Shown in pieces: positions 27,284-36,444 of a DNA stretch of 36,444 nt (its first letter is position 1; the number at the start of each line of letters is the position of its first letter). Under the pieces are notes generated by a model, which saw nothing but the letters and a program-made list of their open reading frames with translations, did not search any database and was not told where the DNA came from. The translations under genes and the position numbers were made by a program. This stretch comes from Welwitschia mirabilis (taxonomy: Eukaryota), in assembly GCA_051453625.1 (NCBI GenBank), contig JBOZIK010000001.1, positions 10,828,657-10,865,100 of the forward strand, written 5' to 3'.

Positions 27284-27301
27284 TCCCTAGTAATAGCACT
27301 A
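27284..27301 (-). promoter_or_regulatory. Decayed Athila primer-binding site (tRNA-Asp type)
   Basis: Minus strand TAGTGCTATTACTAGGGA vs the Athila-type TGGCGCCGTTGCCGGGGA: 7 differences, all C>T or G>A. It lies 3 nt from the LTR terminus at 27305. Confidence 0.75.
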
Positions 27302-27304
27302 CAA

Positions 27305-27903
27305 TGTTTCTATGCCTTGACATTATTATATCCTAGAATATGTAAAGGTATGATGTAGTGGTCAAGGCTAGTCAAGGCCTAGTTAGTAGTGTTAAATTTA
27401 TAAAACTAGGATATTATATAGTATAAAAACTCTAATTATCATTATTCCATAAGGACTAAGAGGGGATTTTAAATCTTACAAAGAATTGGATTTCTATATA
27501 AAAGGTATGATTGAGATACTTTAAAAGAGATTTGAAATAAGATTTAAGAAAAATAATATTTGAAAACTTCCTCTCTTTGGCAATGAGAATGATTTCTCCT
27601 AAGATAAACTACTAAGTAAGCACAGGCCAAGATCAAGATATTACATTAAGTTCAAAGGTATTTTATAGATTACTAATATAGTATTCATTACAAAATTTAA
27701 ATGGTATGAATGCAATTGGTTTAAAGATGATTTGTTTTACAATGAAATAGGGGAAATATTAAGACAACATAATATATCTTATAAATACTAATATGAAAAT
27801 CATTTAAAATTTAATAATACATTGAAGGAAAGAAATTTGAATGGTAAATACTAAAGGATATCTAAAATACATTATTACATAACCAGTAATTAAAATTATA
27901 TAA
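27305..27903 (-). repeat. Athila 5' LTR, PBS-proximal part (interrupted)
   Basis: Starts TG on + at 27305, aligns to ~18000-18590 and ends in the TATAA TSD. Confidence 0.85.
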
Positions 27904-29139
27904 TATTAGAACTGACCATCTTAGAAGGGTGAGGTGAATAGAATAGCTAAGGTACTTTTTGCAATTTGAATGTTTAATAATAAGTTCACATAATGTTATT
28001 TACCATTCAATTAAATAATGCCTAGTGTTAATTTATCTTTGAGAATAATTCATATAATTAATAATGGATATAATAATTTAGCACTTGAATTTTATTAAAC
28101 AATTAAAAACATAAGAGACAAAGGTATAGAAAATTATCCTATTTTTCTTTATTGCAAGTATAGCCTCTAAACACACTCCAACAGGACTTTTTGATAGTCC
28201 TCCATTAATGGAGTTACTATTCTGCAATAATCCTTAGCCTTCAAGCCATATAGACTTTGTAGTAGTCCTTCACCTTATGATAAGACTTTATGGTAATCTT
28301 AACCTTTAAGCAAATTCAAAAAACTCCAATTACAATAAGAGAGAATATATATTATAGAAAAAAAATAGAAGATGTGTCATGGTACAAGTAGACCTAACAA
28401 TAAGAGATTCAATTATTAATATGTATATGTGCATTAGTATATGTAAGCACAATCATGTTGGGATTATATAAAAGATGAATTCTAGGTGCTATAAATCATG
28501 ATTTCAAGGTGTGTATTTGTTGAAACCTCTAAAATGATCATTTAACATTATAATGCCTTTATCCAATAATTAAGTATGCTTTTAATGGCTATTTTTGTTC
28601 ATGGTTATATTGATAATTGATCCCTTTTAGGTTTTATATGACCTCTCTTATTAAGGTTCTTGATTCTATGTTGGTCAGTCGAATCCTGATAGAAGTCAGT
28701 CAATCTCATCATGTTATGTTCCTGGAAAATGCTCTAGGCAATTAGCCTTAGAATGCAACCAATCAATATCTTGTTATTAACTCGTTAATGTATTTGATTT
28801 ATTTCATCACGAAGCATTGTAAAAGTCTTAAAGCAGTTAACCTCCTAATAATAGGTGGTCAAACCCTTGTTGAAAATTTTATTTTTAGCTACAGTGGACA
28901 GTTGACCTTGTAATAGTAGACAATCAAGCCCCTACTAAAAAATTGCAATTATAGCTATAATAGGTGGTTAATGCTGATAATAAATAGTCAATAATCCAAG
29001 TGATTTTTTCTTCTTTTCTTCTTCTCTTTTATTAGCTCAAGCATCCAGAAATTATTGAAGGCTTATACACATATATTAACACTAGATTTAATTTATTTAA
29101 AATTTAGTTATCATCAATTGACACTTAGGTGATGCAACA
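27904..29139 (-). repeat. Sirevirus-like 3' LTR (1236 bp)
   Basis: TATTAGAACTG...GCAACA on +; collinear with 31308-32545 (e.g. shared AATAATTCATATAATTAATAATGGATATAATAATTTAGCAC and GTGCATTAGTATATGTAAGCACAATCATGTT). Confidence 0.92.
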
Positions 29140-29140
29140 A

Positions 29141-29151
29141 TCTCCTCCTTT
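29141..29151 (-). promoter_or_regulatory. Polypurine tract of the Sirevirus-like element
   Basis: AAAGGAGGAGA on the minus strand next to the 3' LTR; further PPT-like copies at 29183-29190, 29304-29316, 29528-29540 and 29861-29873. Confidence 0.8.
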
Positions 29152-29988
29152 GTTACCAATGAAAACTATATTTTCTTTAATGCTCCCCCTAATTTTATAA
29201 TCCTTCTAAACTTATACACTTAATGCAATCATTGGTAGATAATAATATATCATATAGTATGTGATAAATCTATCATATTGAAAATTTTAATATCATAATG
29301 CTTCTCTACCCCTTTGTGATTAATGACTATGGAGAGGTGCAAGCAATAACAGAGAAAATAAAATTCACATTGTAATAAATAATTATTACAAGTATTAGAT
29401 ACTAGTGTTCAAGAAAATATGATACCAATTGTTAAAAACACATGATGATACCATTTTATTTACATAATATAAAATAATCAAGAACTAATCAGATGGCCTA
29501 GTACCATAATTAAATACTTAAAAATAGTTCCCCCCCTTAATGTGTGCATCTCCTAAAAAAATGTAATAGAAATAATAAAGATCCTTTGAAATTCACATTT
29601 GGAGATGTCTAAAATATGTAAGTACCCAAAATGAGGGAGCTTAGTTTACCAAAAAAATTTAATCACAAAGACAAAATCTATTTTATAATGCAAGATGTAA
29701 ATTATGCGAATAAAAGTACTTAGATTATTTTAAACTTTTTACCTTTACTACATGCTATTAGCTATGAAGATAGTAAGAAAGAGAGAAAAGAGCACACTCA
29801 TAGACATTATGAATAAGAAAGGACACATTATAACAACTTAATCCTCATATAAGTCCAATATCTCTCCTCCTTTGGCTCATATTAGCACTTAATATATATA
29901 TATATATAAATAGAGTTCTTAGAAATATTCTAGGAAATGATTATTTAAAAGTAAATAAAAAATAATAAATCATATGTTTAATAAAATT

Positions 29989-31250
29989 TCACCAAGAGAC
30001 ATGATCTCTATCATTAATCCATCTAAAATATGATCTTTTAGGAGTAAATAAAAAGTCTTTAATGGCACCAAACTTTCTACAGTAATTACTATATCTATAA
30101 GATAATTTATCGTGATCAAATCTAATTCTGAAAATAACACATATAAGGTTTTTTGATCTTTTTACCATATGAAAAAGAATAAGAGTAAAGTTGAGCATTA
30201 ACTTGTTTTAATATTTTTCTAAAGGAGTTGTAAACATTAGAAAATGAAGCTAGCTTATTAGATAAACTAGGCATAAAGATAAATGAATGCAAGTATCCAA
30301 TACCACTTTTATTCAATGGCGATATTTGCTTTAAAAGAATCTTCTTCATAATGATTTTTTCTATACAAAACTTCCAAATAATATTATATAATTTACTAAT
30401 TTTATTTAATAAACACTTATGTTCTTCTTTATTTTCTTTGATGATTCCTTGAAGGTGATTAATAGTTTTTTTAAAGTAATAAGTCCTATTTGCTACCAAC
30501 CTTTAATTAGATTAAGTTGACTTGAGGAAGATTTTTTTTTAAAATCTTCTAGCTTCTTAATTATTTTATTAAGAAGAAAATTTTCTTTTAAGATATTTTT
30601 ACTTTCTTGATATAATTACTTATAGGCTTTTTTAAATGAGCTATCATCTCCTTCTTCTTATTTTACTGGATAAAGACTTTTATGTTATTGTCTTTCATCG
30701 TAATTAGAGAACCAATCTTTCTCATCATCTTTAATTCTATCTTCATCCTTATAATTAACATCTTAAAGATCTAGAGTATTTTTAGGATTAATTGTAAGAA
30801 AGACATAAATAAAGAATGATTAGAAGTAAAGGCCATTAAAGATAACTTTTTATCATGATAAATCTCAATCTGATTTGAGACTCTATTACTATCTCAAGTT
30901 GCCACGTTATTGTAGTACTTGTTATTTACTTCCTTGGATGATTTTATTATAGCATACAAATAATGTCATAATCCTTTGGATTTAGTCCATAGCATAGTGC
31001 ATTTATGGCTTTGTTATTAAGCATAACACCATAATTCTTTTATTTTTTGTTGACTTCTCCCTTTAATTACTTGCATGTTCACATCATTGCCTTATTTCTT
31101 GTTATTAGTGGAGTGAATGCTTCCTACTCTATGATCCAACAATTAGAGCTCATGGCTTCAATGAAAATTTGCATTCTAGTCTTCCATATCTCATTGGTTT
31201 CTCCATTAAATTATGGAGGCAGTTGATTGATTGATCTTCCATCATCAAAT
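29989..31250 (-). pseudogene. Sirevirus-like gag relic
   Basis: GRSINQ.PP.FNGETNEIWKTRMQIFIEAM..CW (~31135-31240), NNKAINALCYGLNP (~30975-31017), KQISPLNKSGIGY (ORF 30122..30499), decayed zinc knuckle NYCRKFG (ORF 29989..30198). Confidence 0.75.
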
Positions 31251-31294
31251 ACTTATTAAATAATTAAATAATAGTAAAAATACTTATATCAAAT

Positions 31295-31305
31295 CTCTGA
31301 TACCA
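31295..31305 (-). promoter_or_regulatory. Primer-binding site (tRNA-iMet) of the Sirevirus-like element
   Basis: CTCTGATACCA on + = TGGTATCAGAG, 2 nt from the LTR terminus TG at 31308. Confidence 0.92.
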
Positions 31306-31307
31306 AT

Positions 31308-32545
31308 TGTTAGGACTGTGTATCTTAAAGGAAAGGGATGAATAGGATATCTAAGGCAACTTTTACAATTTGAATGTTTAACACCAAGTTTGTATAATGT
31401 AATATCTCATTTAATTAAATAATATCTATTGCTAATTTAACTATGATAATAATTCATATAATTAATAATGGATATAATAATTTAGCACATGAATTTAACT
31501 AAATAATTAAAAACACAAGAGATGAAAGTATAGCAAATAAGCCTGTTCTCATTTATTGCAAGTGTGGCCTCTAACCACACTGTAATGGAACTTTGCAATA
31601 ATCCTCCACTAAAACAATTGAGATTTTATACCAATCCTTAGCTTCCAAGATAAACAAACTTTACACTAGTCCTCCACTTTACAACAAGACTTTATAGTAG
31701 TCCTTAGCATTTAAGGAAGCTCAAATATCTTTAATTACAATGAAAGAGAATATAAATTATAGAAATACGATAGAAGATGTGATGTAATATAATTAGGCCT
31801 AACAATAAGATATTCAATCCTTATATTTATATGTGCATTAGTATATGTAAGCACAATCATGTTTAGATTATATTGAGGATAAACTCTAGTTGTTATAAAT
31901 CTTGATTCAAAAGTTTATAACTATTGAAACCTCCAAAATGATTAGCTAGTCTTATGATTCTTTTGTCCAACATTATGTGTGCTTTTGAACAGCTATTTTT
32001 GTCAATGATTATATTGGTGATTAATCCCTTCAAGGTTCTAGTTAATTTTTCTTATTACATTCTTGGTTTTTATGTTGGGTAGTTGACCCTTGATAGAAGT
32101 CGATCGATCTCATCATGTTACATTCTTGGAAAATCTCTGGGTAGTTAACCCTTGGATGGAGCAGATTGATCTCTTCCAGTCCATCCCTTAATGTATTAAT
32201 TCAACCTCACCATGAAGTATCATAAAAATCTTTAGGTGGATGACCCCTTAACACTAGGTGCTTAACCCTCTATTAAAAAGTCCATTTTCATCCACAATGA
32301 ATGGTTAACCCCTCAATGATAAGAATTTGACCCCCTATTAAAAATTTGCAATTATAACAAAAATAGGTGGTTATCCCCTTATAATGAATAGTTGACCATC
32401 TAAGTGATTTTCACTTATTTTCTCCTCCTCCTTTATTAGCCCAAGCATCCAAACATTCTTCACATCCTTTACAAACATTATGAACATTAAATTCAATTTA
32501 TTTAAAATTTAGTTTGTCATCAATTAATAATTATGAGGTGTAACA
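31308..32545 (-). repeat. Sirevirus-like 5' LTR (1238 bp)
   Basis: TGTTAGGACTG...GTGTAACA with intact TG/CA termini, followed by TSD TATAA. Confidence 0.92.
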
Positions 32546-32550
32546 TATAA

Positions 32551-33337
32551 ATGTTGCAATATGGAAAAACATCTAATAACAAATTAAAGTATATTTACTA
32601 GTGATGAAAACAATGTAAAAATACCAATTTAGTATAAAAATAAAGTATAAGACTAAACAAGGTAAATGCCTTATGAAAAAATTGATTCCCTTATGCTTAA
32701 GGAGGAAAGAAGAAGACTTATAACTTTATGAATAGATAATCCCTTATCACAGCCATATGGAATATAGATCTAAGGATAGAATTTAGAAAAGGAAATAATT
32801 ATGAAGTATAACATAACTTGTATACCTCAATCCTTAAGCTGGAATTTGCGTATAAAGCCTACGATGTAGTCGTTTATTACAATAGTACATCCTTGGTATG
32901 TTAAATAAAATCTAGCTATAATACATTTCCTTAGGCATTAGGATCAATTACACTAATCCTTAACCTTTTTAATATCTCCTTTAATTCTTTGATTATTAAT
33001 GTGACTATACCTTTCTAGAAGCTTATCTTGGTAATATATTATGTGATTTATAATATAGATCTTCTAGTTCCTATTTCTTTATAACACATTAACAGTTTCA
33101 TGGGTTGAGATGGTGGTGCTAATCTTATTGAATAATTTATCTATTCTAAAGATTAAGTAGCCCAGGATATCCTATAAGTTAGAAATCAAGTATTAATCAT
33201 TTTGGATAGTAATTTGAGAATAATAAGGATAAACTTAGCTAATGATAATTTAATGATAAACATGATATTTATAACCTTAAAAAAGTATTCTTCATTTCAG
33301 TTTAGGAGTAAAATATGTAAAAATTCAAGAATAAACA
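32551..33337 (-). repeat. Athila 5' LTR, distal part
   Basis: Aligns to ~18590-19395 and ends AATTCAAGAATAAACA (CA at 33336-33337) vs AATTCAAGTGTAAATA in the other LTR. Confidence 0.85.
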
Positions 33338-34960
33338 TTATTTTTTGTTACTAAGATCATAAGGTTAATTGCTTATGTTTAAGATAATTATCTTTTATGT
33401 AGGTAAAGATAAAAAAATCAAAGTAATGCTTAATTTACTCCAAGTTAAACACAACCTAGATGAATGAATAGTCCCTACACCTTTATGAAATGGAAGCCAC
33501 AAACAATTTAATTATTGAAGTAGAAATTTTAAAACATTAATAAACTTTTATTTCTAGTAATCATAAATAAAACTCCAAATCTTTTAAATTTATTTTTAAG
33601 TAATATATCTTGAAACATAAATATCCTTTAAAAAATAAAAATAAGGGGAAACCATTATCATGTTACTGCCTAAATTTTTTGATTCTTCTTAACAAATTCT
33701 ATTTCTAAGTAGAATTCTTCAAACATCATATTATTAAAATATTATCATATGTATTTAAAACATAAATAAATTTCCTATTTGTGATGAGTAATAAAGCTAA
33801 TATTCCATCTTCTTTAATTAAGATGAAAATTTTTCAAGCAACTCTATAAAAATATTTTTTTATTTTAACACTAAATCATAGAAAATATCAAATATGTTAA
33901 CTAATTTTTACAAGAATATTTATTTAGAGTCATGTAAGAAGAGTAATAAACCTGCATAATCTAGAACATGTGTTTTATTAATAAAACTGTTTAAGAAGTA
34001 TAAGCTTCTTATACTTTAACTTATTTAACTTTTTTATACTTTAGTAATAGTTTAGTTTCTTCTTATCTTGCTATTAACTTTAAAGAAAAGGGAAATTCAT
34101 AATAGTTTAAACATTGTATTTTTTCCTAAAATTTTTAATTATTTTTTAAAAAAATTTAATATTTAATAGTATTGATATAGTAAATGAAATATTTTTCCTA
34201 GTTTTCGCAAGATAAAACATGCTTATAATATTCTTTCATATGAGCTAACAATCCATTAATAGGCTAGGAATTATTATTAATAATAAGAAAAGATTCATCT
34301 ACAAAGTGCAAATTAAGCAATTGTAGATTAGATTTATTACTTTAAATTTCTTTTAAAATATTATATTATAACTCTTAATAAAGGTCATGTGAAGGAAAAT
34401 CTACTACAATAATAAATAACTAAGAATCTAAATGACAACCCTGACAAACTAATCTATAGAGGGAAAATGAATGAAACTAATCAAGATGTAAAAATTAGAT
34501 GGATAAAATACTAACTAAAGTAATCCCTTTCAAGATAAATAATAATGAAATTTCATTCAATTTTATCATACGCTTTGATATAATTAAGCTTACTAAAATT
34601 CATTTCTTAATTATAATAGTTAGTCCATTAACAAACTTTCCAACTATAAGTATATTATCCAGAATATATCTTCCCTTAGTAAAGCTACTCTATTTAAGTC
34701 CAACACTCTGATTAATAAGATTTTCAACTATTCATATAACATATTTAGTTAAAATTTTATAAATATTATTCAAAAGTGTAATGCACCTATAATTTCCAAA
34801 ATACCTTATGTAAAGAGTTCAAAAAATTTCTTATATAATTTATCTTCTACCTAAGCTAGGAGATCTGACCTTTAATAATAGTAGCATTAGATTCAAAAAT
34901 ATCTTCTCATTACTTAAAGAAAAAAGCTCTAGCTAAGGATTACTATGATAAACTATTAAA
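33338..34960 (-). mobile_element. L1-type LINE ORF2 reverse transcriptase relic
   Basis: NYRCITLLNNIYKILTK (34744-34794), SFTKGRYILDNIL, KLNYIKAYDKIE*NFI (~34550-34591), QGC.L..LFI ~34420-34445, FVDE for FADD (34294-34305), FK..(G)I(P)L ~34090-34110, A*K..IKEDG ~33800-33840. 5' end not resolved. Confidence 0.85.
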
Positions 34961-36354
34961 AGGATTATGATATAAACATTTTTACTTTTATTTGATAATT
35001 TTCTATAATTCTATTTAAATTATTAACTTAGTAATGAAACACAAAATGACATGTTTTATGTTACATCCAAAAATTGCATTATTTGCTTAATTGATGTAAC
35101 ACTGTAAGATGAAGATCATCTATTTCAAATAGATAATTCTTCAATAATCAACATTTAATCAAATAGATTTACCAAGAAGAAGTATGATAAAATTCACACA
35201 AGCCTAAATCTAAATACTGAGGCAAATGATTCATCCATGAATCATATATCTATCTAATTACTAAAATACCATTTGTAATAATGTTTTATTCTCAAATTAT
35301 TAATTTTTTATTAATTTAACATAATATTTAAAATGAAGGAAAAACTAAATTTTTAAAATGAGGAGATCATGCTATGAGCCTTTAAAAAATGAAACATGTA
35401 CTTAACATAATAATTCAACTCAATGAAAGAAAATCAAGTATGAAAAGTTCAAATTAAAGCATAAAGAAATATCCTAGGTCAAATTGAATATAGTGGAAGC
35501 ACACAACTATTGCACTAGTGAATTAATTAACATGAATTCATATGGAAATATTAATATTATCTTATCAAACTATCACTTTACATAATAAGACAACTATTTC
35601 TTCATGTGACATACAAATAGTTATAACACATGACTTATAATTATCATAAAGAACTACATGTGCAAAAGCATAATTTGATAAGATGCAAAAACTGAAATAT
35701 AATAGAATAGGAAAAAATAATATTTTATAAAATTTAATATGATTTTCAATATCATTTGTAACTTGAATGAATAAGAAAGAGGGTTTAAACATTCAAATCT
35801 ACTAAAGTCCTTTTCATACAAAAAAAAATTTCCTTGAAAATTTCATTAATTGAAATCATATAACTGAATTAATTAAGTAATTAAAACATACCACTTCATT
35901 CTATACAAAATGTAAAAAAAATTAGAATCAAAATATAGCACTTAAAAAACAAAATTCTTCAAATCAACATAGCAAACTATTTAACTTAAATAGGATTTTC
36001 ACTAAATTTCCATACATTTGACTTGAAAGATAGCTCTTTACTTATTATGAAATGAGTTATAAAAGTAATTAAACATTTAATTTATGTTTCAAATCAATAA
36101 CTAATTAATAACAACCAACATATGAATATTTATTATATTAAAGTAATACTTAGTCAATTTCAAGCTATTTTGGTCTAGAGAAAGAGATGAAATGAAGAAG
36201 AAAGAGAAAAGGGAGAGAGAAAATTTAGAAGAATGGGCTTAAAAAGTCTTAGAACCTTTAAAATACTTAGAATATGTCTTTAAAAAAGTTTTCAAAACCT
36301 AAAATCAATTGAAATAGTAGAAGCAGTTCATCTAGAGGAAGCTATAAACATTAT

Positions 36355-36444
36355 TGTAATACCCCTAGCTTTGCCGCATGCTTGGTTAGTTGATTTCATG
36401 TTAGGGTGTTGGTGGATTGGATTTTGATATTATGAATTAGATTT
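36355..36444. mobile_element. Terminus of a younger gypsy (Tekay/Del-type) LTR running out of the window
   Basis: TGTAATACCCC terminus and an abrupt rise in G+C with a retained CpG. Confidence 0.55.

Larger units (their letters stand above)
27904..32545 (-). mobile_element. Non-autonomous gag-only Sirevirus (SIRE)-like Ty1/copia element
   Basis: LTRs 27904-29139 and 31308-32545, TSD TATAA (27899-27903 / 32546-32550), PBS 31295-31305, multiple PPT-like tracts, CTATTCACC..CCTTCTAA-type LTR end motif, SIRE-like gag motifs. Internal region is only 2168 bp with no pol motifs seen. Confidence 0.85.
18000..33337 (-). mobile_element. Athila-lineage Ty3/gypsy LTR retrotransposon, both LTRs present, decayed, with a nested insertion
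   Basis: Diverged direct repeats ~18000-19395 and 27305-27903 + 32551-33337 (about 1.39 kb each) flank a PBS, gag, protease, RT, RNase H and integrase relics. TSD not resolved. Confidence 0.88.

Noticed and set aside
34499..34711. ORF of 70 aa on +
   Set aside because: Antisense shadow of the LINE RT relic on the minus strand.
35565..35792. ORF of 75 aa on the minus strand
   Set aside because: Low-complexity F/I/L/K/Y composition expected from AT-rich DNA; no motif.
35250..36354. Possible reverse-oriented LTR fragment
   Set aside because: Composition is suggestive (purine tract ~36180-36235), but I found no terminus, PBS, PPT or partner copy.
1..36444. A novel multi-gene system or host gene
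   Set aside because: No intact ORF over 125 aa, all recognisable coding remnants belong to known retrotransposon families, and isolated splice-like sites (e.g. ~5003) lack supporting exons.

Overview
Very AT-rich plant nuclear DNA made up almost entirely of nested, decayed retrotransposons; I found no host gene. Left to right: (1) 3' end of a fairly young Ty1/copia (Tork/Tnt1-like) pol with PPT and LTR start (1-~1079); (2) very old LINE and copia relics (~2.4-8.9 kb, low confidence); (3) a plus-strand Ty3/gypsy Tekay/Del-type element (putative LTR, PBS at 12531, gag-pol relic 13694-17078) carrying an 88-bp plastid-type 16S rRNA fragment inside gag; (4) a minus-strand L1-type LINE whose poly(A) end is at 17091 and which is split by (5) a two-LTR minus-strand Athila element (~18000-33337), whose 5' LTR is split by (6) a 4.6-kb gag-only Sirevirus-like copia element with both LTRs, PBS, multiple PPTs and a TATAA target-site duplication (27904-32545); (7) the start of a younger gypsy LTR at 36355. 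C>T/G>A decay is pervasive. I see no convincing new biological system. The most interesting items are the rRNA insert, the gag-only element and the reconstructable nesting order. Motif calls come from manual translation through stops and frameshifts, compared with remembered family consensus; boundaries marked ~ are approximate.
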